Shown in pieces: positions 41,748 to 51,305 of a DNA stretch of 64,000 nt (positions are counted from its first letter, which is position 1; each line of letters begins with the position of its first letter). The DNA lies in IMG/VR virus record IMGVR_UViG_3300020172_000530, positions 12,690 to 76,689 of that record. One strand, given 5' to 3'. The translations under genes and the position numbers were made by a program. The notes under the pieces were generated by a model. It had not been told where the DNA came from, searched no databases, and worked only from the letters and a program-made list of their open reading frames with translations. This DNA is from a virus.

Positions 41748-42952
41748 GTTTTGATACAGTAGATTTGTTAGACGGCAATGTATTCCAAGTTACCTGGGAT
41801 TTAGGACGTAGATGTAACTATGATTGTAGTTATTGTCCTAGTCACAGACATGATAATTTTAGTCCCCATGCTAGTTTGGAAACATTAAAAGCAAATGTAG
41901 ATTTTTTGTACAAGTATATTGATTTGTATATGAATCATAGACACTTCAAAGAAACTAGTATTAGTTTTACTGGCGGAGAGCCTACTGTTAATCCTAATTT
42001 CATCCCATTCATAAAATACCTAAAAGAACAATATCAAGAAAAATACCAAAGTAAGTGGAGAGCGGGATTTGCTTTGACAAGTAACGGTGCGATGAGTTCC
42101 AAAATGGCTGACTCTGTTATGGAGCATATGGATCATATTACTATCAGTTATCATACTGAAGCAGATAATAAACTGAAAAAACAAGTAGTTGATCGTATCG
42201 AACAGTTTAGCAAGTATGGATCAGAACGAAATTGTACTATAAGCATCAATGTGATGTTTCACGCAGGATATTTTGAAGAGTGTCAAGATCTTTGTGCTTA
42301 TTTTGATGCCAACGGTATTAAATATGTTCCCCGTGTTATAGGCGAAGAGCCCGACAGTCGTAGTAATTTTGCTCATCAATATTCGGAGCATCAACTAATA
42401 TGGATGAAGGATTACTGGAAGAATAACACAGATAAGATTAATAATCCTAGTGTGGAAGAAGTACGACAAAATACAGATTTTGGAATCAGTGCTGCTACAG
42501 AAGATAGTTCAACACCACAGAAACAATTAGGATTAACAATTGGACGTCCTTGTTGTGGTAGTCGTACTATGTGTTTAAGTAATCAAAGTGAAAGTCGTAA
42601 GAGTAAGTTTGTAGATCTAAGAGAATTTAAAGGATGGCACTGTAGCGTTAACTGGTTCTTTATGCATATTGAACAACAAACAGACAGTGTATTTCATCAT
42701 CAAACTTGCCAAGCACAGTTCGGACAAACACGAGGCCCTATTGGTAAGTTAAGCGAAAGCGATAAGATTTTAGAAAATTTAGAACGTAATTTACGTGAAC
42801 AAACTATGCCTACAATCATTTGTCCTAAACATACATGTGGATGCGGCCTATGTGCTCCTAAGAGTAAATTTGAGGAAAAGTATAAAACTGTGTTGTTTAA
42901 TCATGTTGACAAAACTGTTTTTAAAAATACATTGCTAAATGAAAAACAGTAA
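41744..42952 (+). CDS. Radical SAM protein 6 with C-terminal Cys cluster
   Basis: VTWDLGRRCNYDCSYC, FTGGEPT and C-terminal FKGWHC...C...C...CGCGLC. Confidence 0.88.
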   Translation: MSFDTVDLLDGNVFQVTWDLGRRCNYDCSYCPSHRHDNFSPHASLETLKANVDFLYKYIDLYMNHRHFKETSISFTGGEPTVNPNFIPFIKYLKEQYQEKYQSKWRAGFALTSNGAMSSKMADSVMEHMDHITISYHTEADNKLKKQVVDRIEQFSKYGSERNCTISINVMFHAGYFEECQDLCAYFDANGIKYVPRVIGEEPDSRSNFAHQYSEHQLIWMKDYWKNNTDKINNPSVEEVRQNTDFGISAATEDSSTPQKQLGLTIGRPCCGSRTMCLSNQSESRKSKFVDLREFKGWHCSVNWFFMHIEQQTDSVFHHQTCQAQFGQTRGPIGKLSESDKILENLERNLREQTMPTIICPKHTCGCGLCAPKSKFEEKYKTVLFNHVDKTVFKNTLLNEKQ

Positions 42953-44171
42953 CACATATTGTCTTCAACCCTTTAGGGAAATAACTATAAAAGATTTCAC
43001 CGGCGACAAGCTAAAAACATTCTGGCCTTGTTGTATGATGGCTAATCAAATTACGGAAAATCGAGACACCAATGTTTTAGAAATTAAAAATGCTAATGAG
43101 CTAACTCCGCAAGAAATGTATGATCATCCGAGGATGGTATTATTAAGAAACAATTTGCTGAATGGTATTAAAGATTCTGCTTGTGAAGTTTGCTGGCACC
43201 AAGAAGAAAGAGGTCTCAAATCGTTTAGGCAATTTAATAATGAAAATTCAAGCGTTCACTCCGACGACGGATTGTCTAGCATTGATATAACTGCTTCTAA
43301 TATATGTAATCTAAGATGTCGAATGTGTACTCCTACGAGTAGCCATCAATTAATGATAGATCATCAATTCTTCGAACAGAATCAGTTATTGGATAAAGTT
43401 AAATCTGTTACTAAGAGATGGGGTATTTTAAATAAAGCATATAAGACAACGGAATCTGTTCAATGGAAATGGATGCTAGAAAATACCGATAAAATTAAAT
43501 TGCTAAAGGCCAGCGGCGGCGAGCCATTTTACGACAATAAGATTGTTAAACTTCTTGAAAAATATATAGAAACAGATAACGCAAAAAATACTATATTAAG
43601 TTTTCACACTAATGCTACACTATTTGACGATAACATGATCAATATATTAAATCAATTTAAAATGAATGACCATGTGTTTAGTGTAGACGGTGTTGGAAAA
43701 ACTTATGAATACATAAGGTATCCTGCTACGTTTGATCAACTTGAAAACAGTGTAATTAAATATTTGAAAAATGTTCGAAATTATAAAACTCCGATACAAT
43801 TTACAGTAATTGTTTCTGCTCAAAATTTATTAATTTTAAATCAATATATAGAATGGACACGATCACTTCCAGCTATCACATCGCCTCATTTTTCAGAAAT
43901 ATATGATCTTAATCGTGGGATTGCTATAAAGCATTTACCTAAAAAACTTTTACTTCAAGCTAAAACAAATTTAGAAAAATACACATTGAATTTAAACAAT
44001 CATTCTGATTTTGAGGTAGAAAGTTTAATAAAGTCGATTGATAATGCAATTGCTGAAAATGCTGAAAATAAACAATTAGTCAAGGAGGAATGTCAATTGT
44101 TCGACTTATCTAGAAATCAATCTTACAGAAGTTATCTTCATCCTGATTTAGTAAATTGGCTAGACTCATGA
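42939..44171 (+). CDS. Radical SAM protein 7 with N-terminal twitch-like domain
   Basis: YCLQPF...PCC...CEVC, then CNLRCRMC, SGGEPF and YIRYPA.F. Confidence 0.88.
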   Translation: MKNSNTYCLQPFREITIKDFTGDKLKTFWPCCMMANQITENRDTNVLEIKNANELTPQEMYDHPRMVLLRNNLLNGIKDSACEVCWHQEERGLKSFRQFNNENSSVHSDDGLSSIDITASNICNLRCRMCTPTSSHQLMIDHQFFEQNQLLDKVKSVTKRWGILNKAYKTTESVQWKWMLENTDKIKLLKASGGEPFYDNKIVKLLEKYIETDNAKNTILSFHTNATLFDDNMINILNQFKMNDHVFSVDGVGKTYEYIRYPATFDQLENSVIKYLKNVRNYKTPIQFTVIVSAQNLLILNQYIEWTRSLPAITSPHFSEIYDLNRGIAIKHLPKKLLLQAKTNLEKYTLNLNNHSDFEVESLIKSIDNAIAENAENKQLVKEECQLFDLSRNQSYRSYLHPDLVNWLDS

Positions 44172-44737
44172 AAGTATTAATTACCGGAAATAAAAATTTT
44201 GGGATTGCTAAAGAGCTATTCCAGTTGTATCCAGATGCTACCTTTGTAAGCAAGACTGCAGGAGTTGATTTGACTACACAAACAGGACACACTCACTGCG
44301 CTGAATTATGTCTAGAACATGATATCTTTATTAATTGTGCTGCTTTATGGAAATTTAATCAAACAGTTCTTTTAGAAACAGTTTATAAGGCCTGTATTAA
44401 TGTTAATCATGATATACATATCATAAATGTAGGAAGCACTACAGACAGAGTCAAAAATGGAAAATCATGGTTATATAATGCTGAGAAAAAAGCATTAAGA
44501 GATTATTCCAACACTTTAGGAATAGCAGGTGTATGGGACAAAGGACCGAAAGTCAGTTATATAAGTTTTGGAACATTAAGTAATAATCAGGACAAGCATC
44601 CTGACAGACGAACGATGGATATAAATTTAGCAGCACAGTATATCAAATGGATCATAGATCAGCCTAAAGAAATCAACATCAACGAACTTAGTGTAGATCC
44701 TTTACAGAATGAAAGGTGGTATAAAAATGAGTCTTGA
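44168..44737 (+). CDS. Short-chain dehydrogenase/reductase (SDR)
   Basis: KVLITGNKNFGIA Rossmann motif, DIFINCA, IINVGS and YNAEK (YxxxK). ATGA overlap at 44168. Confidence 0.75.
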   Translation: MKVLITGNKNFGIAKELFQLYPDATFVSKTAGVDLTTQTGHTHCAELCLEHDIFINCAALWKFNQTVLLETVYKACINVNHDIHIINVGSTTDRVKNGKSWLYNAEKKALRDYSNTLGIAGVWDKGPKVSYISFGTLSNNQDKHPDRRTMDINLAAQYIKWIIDQPKEININELSVDPLQNERWYKNES

Positions 44738-45845
44738 AAATGTAATCTGTCCTTTACCATGGCATCATATCGCTATAAGACCTAACGGTAGAGTATATCC
44801 GTGTTGTTATTTTAGACATGAAGATACTCCCGAAGAGTTTAATCTATCTCATACAGATGTGTTTAATCATCCATTCTTATTAGATGTCAGAGAACAAATT
44901 AAAAATGGTAATCCTGTATCTGGATGTAAACAATGTTATCAGAATGAAAAAACTTCTGGAAGAAGTATGAGATTAGAGTCCTTAGAAAACTCAAAAGAAA
45001 TTACAGGAAAACCTTTTACTATTCCAGATCAGCCAACTCTAATTTATATTGATTTAGCACTAAGTAACGTATGTAACAATAGATGTAGAATGTGTGGTCC
45101 TGAGCTTAGTACTAATTGGTATCCGGATGCCAAGGCTTTAGGAATACCAATAAACAAAGGTATTATAGAAAATAAAGATCCAGTGGAAAAGATAGATCTT
45201 TCTCGATTACAATATTTAAAATTAATAGGCGGTGAGCCTATGTTAGAACAAGAAAAATTTATCAAAATTCTTGAACGTTGTGATTTACCACAGTTGTCAA
45301 TATTTCTTGCTACTAATGTTACTACAAGGCCTAATGATGATCTAATGAAATTATTTAGACGTTGTAAACAAGTAAAAATTGCCTGTAGTATTGATGCTTA
45401 CGGAAAATTAAATGACTTCCTACGTAAAGGCAGTGTATGGGAAGAGATAGATAACAATTTAAGATGGTATTCTAACAATTTTGAAGTTGTGATGATTCAC
45501 TCTGTTATCAGTATCTACAATATAAATCAAATAGAGCTATTGTTAAAATATGTTAAAGACGAATATCCAAATGTTCATTTTCAATTTGTAATGGTAGATG
45601 GTCCTGATTGGATGCGTCCTTCTAATCTACCAGTTGAAATTAAAGATAAAATAATGAAACGAATTAACAAATTAGATTATGAAGAAATAATAGAGCTGAG
45701 AGGGTTAGTATATGATCATATTGCCATGCAAGGAAATTTTGCCAAGTTTAAAGAAATGGACGATAAATTAAACCAATTAAGAAATGAACATTGGAAAGAT
45801 TCTAATCCAGAACTGTACGAAATGTTAAAAAAATATTATGAGTGA
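44727..45845 (+). CDS. Radical SAM protein 8 with N-terminal twitch-like domain
   Basis: ICPLPW...PCC...CKQC, then CNNRCRMC and IGGEP. Confidence 0.88.
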   Translation: MSLENVICPLPWHHIAIRPNGRVYPCCYFRHEDTPEEFNLSHTDVFNHPFLLDVREQIKNGNPVSGCKQCYQNEKTSGRSMRLESLENSKEITGKPFTIPDQPTLIYIDLALSNVCNNRCRMCGPELSTNWYPDAKALGIPINKGIIENKDPVEKIDLSRLQYLKLIGGEPMLEQEKFIKILERCDLPQLSIFLATNVTTRPNDDLMKLFRRCKQVKIACSIDAYGKLNDFLRKGSVWEEIDNNLRWYSNNFEVVMIHSVISIYNINQIELLLKYVKDEYPNVHFQFVMVDGPDWMRPSNLPVEIKDKIMKRINKLDYEEIIELRGLVYDHIAMQGNFAKFKEMDDKLNQLRNEHWKDSNPELYEMLKKYYE

Positions 45846-47010
45846 TCTAAAGAAAAGCAGCTATGATTTTACCAAAGTTCCTTACGACGATATCGTTCGT
45901 GTTGGACAGCGTACCATGCTGTACAAAGACATGTTCACTGTAAGTTGGTTGCTTGGCAGGTATTGTAATTATCGCTGTAGTTACTGTTGGCCATACGCTC
46001 GTAGTGATAGTAAGGACCATAGACCTACAGAACTATGTCTGAAAACTATCGACGAAATAAAACGTCAAGCAAGAGAACGGAATTTTAATAGTTTTCATTT
46101 TAGCCTAAGTGGAGGCGAACCTACTTTTCATCCTGGATATATAGATATTTTATCTCATCTCAATAGTGACGTAGAGAATACTAATTACACTAGCGTTCAT
46201 ATGACTAGTAATATGAGTAGATCTGTAGAATGGTTTGAAACTAAGTATTGTCCGGCAGTGAACAAATTCCATAGAGCTAGTATAACAGCCAGTCTACACA
46301 CAGAACATGTAAACACTAAAGAAAAAATGCAGGACTTTGCAGACAAACTTATGCTTTGTCAAAAGTATGATGTACAGGTAACTATCAATATGGTTATGGT
46401 ACCAGAATGGTTTGATAAGGATTATGATAATGCATTATTTTTTCATGAACAAGGTATCAATGTTACATTAAAACCACAGAGCGATCCTACAGCTAGTTTT
46501 GTTGTTGACGGGTATACTTCTGAAATGTTAGAAAAATTACACAATGGTATGCCACAAAGAGCGTTTACAGAAAGTAAAGCACAGTTATACAATCTTGTAA
46601 AAAGACCAGAACCAAAATTTTACAAAACACCAGATCCAATTTATAAAGAAGAAAATTCTACAGTCCCGCAACATTTTCAAGTTGAATTTGTAGACAAGAA
46701 TAAAAAAGTATGGTATATGGATCAAGCAGAACGATTTAATGCTTTTAATTTTAATAAATTCCAAGGTTGGGAATGTTCAAGCGGGTATCGTAGTATCATT
46801 ATACGCGAGCCGGATGGTAGTATAAAACGTAGTTATAGTTGTTATGATGTTCCTTTAGGTAATATCGAAACAGGATTTCAACTGTTCGATGGACCAAAAA
46901 CTTGTATTAGTCCAAGTTGTGTAAGCAGTGCCGATAGTAAGATTCCTAAACGTGCTCCTGGTACAGATCTGCCCTTGTGGCCAGGTGATAACACTTTTAA
47001 ATCAGATTAG
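45838..47010 (+). CDS. Radical SAM protein 9 (paralogue of 6)
   Basis: VSWLLGRYCNYRCSYC, LSGGEPT and C-terminal FQGWEC..G...C...C...C..SAD. Confidence 0.88.
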   Translation: MSDLKKSSYDFTKVPYDDIVRVGQRTMLYKDMFTVSWLLGRYCNYRCSYCWPYARSDSKDHRPTELCLKTIDEIKRQARERNFNSFHFSLSGGEPTFHPGYIDILSHLNSDVENTNYTSVHMTSNMSRSVEWFETKYCPAVNKFHRASITASLHTEHVNTKEKMQDFADKLMLCQKYDVQVTINMVMVPEWFDKDYDNALFFHEQGINVTLKPQSDPTASFVVDGYTSEMLEKLHNGMPQRAFTESKAQLYNLVKRPEPKFYKTPDPIYKEENSTVPQHFQVEFVDKNKKVWYMDQAERFNAFNFNKFQGWECSSGYRSIIIREPDGSIKRSYSCYDVPLGNIETGFQLFDGPKTCISPSCVSSADSKIPKRAPGTDLPLWPGDNTFKSD

Positions 47011-48363
47011 TCCCCTATAACCTCCACGTATTGATTTTATCCACCATTCTCCTACGTTTATTGTAGCGTACCGATCATAATTAAACATTATTGTTTCTTT
47101 CCAGCTTTCGTTTAAATTGTTCTTTGCTTTAATATCTAGACTATCTATCCATTTCATTTTTTCAATAACTTGATCTAATTCTATATGCAGGATAGGATGA
47201 GGATTAAAATCTAAATGTTCGTAAGTCTTAAATCCAAAGTATTTGATCATTCTACTAAGATGCTGGCCGCCGAAAGTTAAAAATGGTAATCCTTCTACGA
47301 TAGGTTTTGCGGTTTTTTCTGTCAGCATGGAGGAAGTAAATCCGTCTTCAGTGTAACCAAACCCTATTGGAAAATCAAAAGTCTCTAGTACTACATTATA
47401 CATGATATCTTCTACTTGGTTTCTTGAAACTATTTCACCGACCCACGGCTTTCTGGAACCAGTTTCGTCTATTGGATCAATAATTTTAATATCGTCTAGA
47501 ATATTTTCTAACTCAGGAGTAACCCATTTGAGTTGATCTGGTATTTCTTTTGCATATTCTAAAAATAAATTTTTTAGTGGTTTAAGAAGACTGTATTTTC
47601 CCTTTCCTTCGACCAGATTTTCTTTGTGCACTCTCATAAAAAATAGCATTCTGTTCAATCGTTCTGTGTAAGAATATGCTACCCACTGCGTTGTATTTTC
47701 TGTTATTTTTTTCTTTTTTATAGAATCAAATAGCATGTCTCTATTACTAATAATATCTTTTGAAATTTTAGGCTTGTAGTAAAAGAAAGGTAATGGAAAC
47801 CATACATTAGTAAGATAAGGAGACGTGATAAAATAATTTTGACTTTCTGGAACAGGTCTATATATAGGATGCACAACAATTATAGGATGCCGGTCTAGAC
47901 CATGAAAAAACTGATCGCATTCAGTAAGATCATTGCCTTTTTGCATAATTTTACTGTGATAGCCTGTGCTCATAAAGTCGTGCGGGTTAGTAATTTCCAT
48001 TGAGCTATCGATGATAATTGGAATGTTGTGTTTTTTAATAAACTTAATAATTTCGTAGTCAATTCCTAATAAGTTTAAAAAATGAAATGTTTGAAATGCG
48101 TGCATAACATTAATAAAATAATAGACTTCATAGTCTTTGGATATCTCAGTATGCCCTACTTCTTTAATAAAATCTTTAGCTGAAACGAATTCTATAGTTT
48201 TGTACAAGTCACTTCTAAGAGTATCAACAATTTCGTCAAAATTTGGCACCCCAATAAATTCTCTTCTATTAACATCCATGGCAGATTTATAAAGTTTTTC
48301 TAGAAGTGTAATTGGTCTGCCATCACTGGCGATTTCTTCTACAAGTAAAATTATTTTTTTCAT
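47002..48363 (-). CDS. Hypothetical protein, possibly glycosyltransferase-related
   Basis: C-terminal NVVLET...LTEKTAKPI...PF...GG...GFKTY, reminiscent of the TEK motif region of GT10-like proteins. Confidence 0.45.
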   Translation of the reverse strand: MKKIILLVEEIASDGRPITLLEKLYKSAMDVNRREFIGVPNFDEIVDTLRSDLYKTIEFVSAKDFIKEVGHTEISKDYEVYYFINVMHAFQTFHFLNLLGIDYEIIKFIKKHNIPIIIDSSMEITNPHDFMSTGYHSKIMQKGNDLTECDQFFHGLDRHPIIVVHPIYRPVPESQNYFITSPYLTNVWFPLPFFYYKPKISKDIISNRDMLFDSIKKKKITENTTQWVAYSYTERLNRMLFFMRVHKENLVEGKGKYSLLKPLKNLFLEYAKEIPDQLKWVTPELENILDDIKIIDPIDETGSRKPWVGEIVSRNQVEDIMYNVVLETFDFPIGFGYTEDGFTSSMLTEKTAKPIVEGLPFLTFGGQHLSRMIKYFGFKTYEHLDFNPHPILHIELDQVIEKMKWIDSLDIKAKNNLNESWKETIMFNYDRYATINVGEWWIKSIRGGYRGLI

Positions 48364-49007
48364 CGTATGTATGGAGCAAACACTGATTGTTTGCTTAGAT
48401 CTTTGTATGTAAGATTGCTGCCTGTATCTGGATTGTATTCGCTTATATTTTCCATCAATAATAACCCTTTAGCTGCTTCTTCTGGAGTCATATACATATG
48501 ATACCCAATACAAGAATAATCATCAGAATCGTGTGGAATATCTTTGTGTCTACCGTCGTAGATCATAGGCCTACACCACTCTACAAAAGCAGCATCGTTA
48601 GTAAGTATAACACCCCCTTTTCCTATCTTTAACGTTTTTCTATGATGAAAACTTACACAAAAATACGAATTGTCAATATACATTCCTTGACAAAATCTAG
48701 TAGCAGCATCAATGATACTTGTGAAGCCAATTTTATACCAGCCCGACCACTCTTTATCTATAAATCGAATATAATTTCCAGCATGAATGGCTTGCATAAC
48801 AGGGCTTGAATAAGTGTGTTTGGGGAATTCTAAAACTTGACCTTTGATGTCAAGATATTTAAGACAAAGAAATATACCGTTGCTACAGCTATCTACGCAT
48901 ACAGCATAACGACTTCCTGCGTATTCTGCTAGACGTTGTTCGAATAGTGTAACAGCGTCCCAAGGATCATTTATCTGGTATCCTTTATTTGTGAGCTCGG
49001 TTATCAT
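48360..49007 (-). CDS. DegT/DnrJ/EryC1/StrS-family PLP aminotransferase (short form)
   Basis: FEQRLAEYAGSRYAVCVDSCSNG, IIDAA and SFHHRKTLKIGKGGVILTND (PLP lysine). Confidence 0.8.
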   Translation of the reverse strand: MITELTNKGYQINDPWDAVTLFEQRLAEYAGSRYAVCVDSCSNGIFLCLKYLDIKGQVLEFPKHTYSSPVMQAIHAGNYIRFIDKEWSGWYKIGFTSIIDAATRFCQGMYIDNSYFCVSFHHRKTLKIGKGGVILTNDAAFVEWCRPMIYDGRHKDIPHDSDDYSCIGYHMYMTPEEAAKGLLLMENISEYNPDTGSNLTYKDLSKQSVFAPYIR

Positions 49008-49719
49008 AAGCGATATCGTTATCGTGCCAGTACAAGCTTCTATGTGGCGGATCGTCTTCTAAATATTGACTATTACTCACATAGTAAAATAATCTAAGTG
49101 TGTTTCTACTTACTCTATCCGGACATTGGATTGGTGTCGGATAACCATGGAATCCTGTTTTATGATACTGCCAAATTACACAACGATTGAATTTTGTAAA
49201 AACGCTTTGTACTAGATTTTTATTTGTATCGTCGTAAAATTCAATATGTCCACCAAACTCCTCTTGCCATTCTTCAGTGAGATATACAATTAGTGTCAAC
49301 TTTCTATGTAGTTTAAGTTCGTCATTCCAGTTAAAATCTGTATGAACTTTTAAACTATCACCGTTAAAGCTTCGACTATATCCTGCTCCAGTTAGATGAG
49401 GATCGGGTAACAGACCTTGTATGCCAGTAATTTTTTCTAACCACTTTAATCCTGTAGTGCTGTGTAATTGATTAACTATGTTAACTGCTTCTGGACTATA
49501 ATCCAAATTCTTACATTCCTTCATATAGCTACCACGACGTGTGAATTCAGTCCAGTGTTCAGTAGGTACACTCTCACATTCTGCTTGTAGTTTTTTTGCT
49601 GTTGATATAGGTAAAAAATCATCCAACACAAGTATTGGATGAGGTTGAGTTTTTACAAATGTTGAATGAAGTTCTTGAAAATTCGAAAACTTATTTTTTA
49701 TATATTGTATATCATACAT
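48985..49719 (-). CDS. 2OG-Fe(II) oxygenase (prolyl-hydroxylase-like fold)
   Basis: PHPILVLDDFL, LKVHTDFN (HxD), W.EEFGG.IE, FNR.VI...FHG (distal His) and R.TL..FYY. Confidence 0.85.
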   Translation of the reverse strand: MYDIQYIKNKFSNFQELHSTFVKTQPHPILVLDDFLPISTAKKLQAECESVPTEHWTEFTRRGSYMKECKNLDYSPEAVNIVNQLHSTTGLKWLEKITGIQGLLPDPHLTGAGYSRSFNGDSLKVHTDFNWNDELKLHRKLTLIVYLTEEWQEEFGGHIEFYDDTNKNLVQSVFTKFNRCVIWQYHKTGFHGYPTPIQCPDRVSRNTLRLFYYVSNSQYLEDDPPHRSLYWHDNDIAYDNRAHK

Positions 49720-50384
49720 CAGTTATTTATAGTGCTAATCATAGGAAATACATTGGATATAACTTCTGCACATGCCTTTGCCACTTCCTGATGTTCTTTT
49801 TGGGTACCATTAGCACTACGTAGCTCAATAAAATGTACCCAACTTCGCAGTGTACCATTCATATACAATCGACTCACTGTATTACCTTCTGGTAAGATAG
49901 CACGAGCTTGTTCCTTGGCAATACCTTTAGCAATTGCTTCAGCATAAGTTTCTTTTACATATTGAATAAGGAATTGCTGTTTAGCGTTCCACCAAGATTG
50001 TAATTCAACATCCTCAGTTTCTATACTATTTTGTCTATTCTTGGTGTCTTGTAATCTTGCTTCTCGAAGAACAAAGTCAAGATCTTTAGTTGGGTCTGCA
50101 TATCGTTGCGAGAACTCTTGGAATGAAAAGCTACGGTGCCGTAAAATCTGTCTGGCAATATCTCTTGTGGTTTCAATTTCGATACAGGCAGAGACCATTT
50201 CGAGTGGCGACCAGTGCTGATGTTTGATGAGGTATCGTATAAGTTTTTCGCTTGTCTCAGTGTTAAGCTGGTTGCTTGGATTGCTAACACGGGCGCAATA
50301 TGCGATAAGTTCTTGTGCGTCGCCGATACCCAGTTGTTCGAATTCTCTAGTTGGTTGACTGTAGGATAAAAGTTTGACATTCAT
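49719..50384 (-). CDS. thyX: Flavin-dependent thymidylate synthase
   Basis: ThyX signature RQILRHRSFSFQEFSQRY, plus HWSPLE and EQARAILP. Confidence 0.95.
   Translation of the reverse strand: MNVKLLSYSQPTREFEQLGIGDAQELIAYCARVSNPSNQLNTETSEKLIRYLIKHQHWSPLEMVSACIEIETTRDIARQILRHRSFSFQEFSQRYADPTKDLDFVLREARLQDTKNRQNSIETEDVELQSWWNAKQQFLIQYVKETYAEAIAKGIAKEQARAILPEGNTVSRLYMNGTLRSWVHFIELRSANGTQKEHQEVAKACAEVISNVFPMISTINN
49724..49731 (-). promoter_or_regulatory. T4-type late promoter TATAAATA
   Basis: Exact TATAAATA on the minus strand, inside the thyX 3' end and 4 nt before the oxygenase ATG. Confidence 0.5.
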
Positions 50385-50693
50385 TTATTTAAGCTTTCTT
50401 TTCTTTAAAAATTTGTTTGTGTGTTTAATAATATCTTTTTTAATTCTCTCTGTGTCTAATTTAAAGTCTACATTATCGATATCACTTTCGTAAGTGGATA
50501 ACATATCTTTGAGGCTTGGCTCAAATATTTCCCAGTCTTTTCCTGCTAAGTTGACTTCCCAAATTTTTCCGTTTTTAAACTTGACCGTAACCGAATCTAA
50601 ATATCGTAAAGGCACGACATTTAGATTAATTTCTCCAAAAACTTCTGGCCAATGTTCGATTACGTCGTTAGGAAATTTCTTTCCTTGTGTCAC
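50385..50693 (-). CDS. Hypothetical protein
   Basis: 102-aa ORF in a tightly packed operon. Confidence 0.6.
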   Translation of the reverse strand: MTQGKKFPNDVIEHWPEVFGEINLNVVPLRYLDSVTVKFKNGKIWEVNLAGKDWEIFEPSLKDMLSTYESDIDNVDFKLDTERIKKDIIKHTNKFLKKRKLK

Positions 50694-51304
50694 GTAATCG
50701 ATACAACCTTTTTCTTTGTAGGAACTAACTCTTCAGCCATTCTTCTTAGTTGAGCAGCCTCTTTACTCAATCTGTCAGCATCGCTTCTGTACTTTTTAGC
50801 TAAGTCTTCATCATTTAGTGGACTTTGATCTACAAGCGGTTCTGTGCTCTGTGTTTTAGGACTAATGTCTTTAGCAGTAGCCACTTCTTTTACTTCTGTA
50901 GCAGGATTAGGCACATCAGGTTGAAGGGCTAAATCTTGCACGCTGATGCCTCGTTGTTCTGCAATTATCTGATTTAACTCAGATAATAAGATATTTACAG
51001 AAGAATTTGGAGTCATTTCTACAGCACTAGTAGGAAGCTTAGTGAATAGCTGTTTAGCATGTAACGATGGTAGCATAGTACTACCGTCTGAAAATACAGC
51101 TCTTGCTAGTACTTCACTGAGTTCGGAGTTTGATTGTGCAGCATTTGATTCTACGAGATTTATCAAAGAATCATGATAACTGTCAGTTAGTGATTCAGTC
51201 ATTATTACTAAGCAACTAAATGCGTCTCCAGGAAGTGTTCTAAAAACAACAATACACTTCCTACCGTTATCTTTAATTCTACCTATATGTTTGATATCAG
51301 CCAT
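50690..51304 (-). CDS. Hypothetical protein
   Basis: 204-aa ORF with AGGAG RBS. Confidence 0.65.
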   Translation of the reverse strand: MADIKHIGRIKDNGRKCIVVFRTLPGDAFSCLVIMTESLTDSYHDSLINLVESNAAQSNSELSEVLARAVFSDGSTMLPSLHAKQLFTKLPTSAVEMTPNSSVNILLSELNQIIAEQRGISVQDLALQPDVPNPATEVKEVATAKDISPKTQSTEPLVDQSPLNDEDLAKKYRSDADRLSKEAAQLRRMAEELVPTKKKVVSIT

Positions 51305-51305
51305 A

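Noticed and set aside
34640-47010. Labelling the rSAM genes as moaA, nrdG, pqqE or anaerobic sulfatase maturase
   Set aside because: No partner genes (moaC, nrdD, pqqA-D, sulfatase) are present and the architectures differ; such labels would be generic best-hit annotations.
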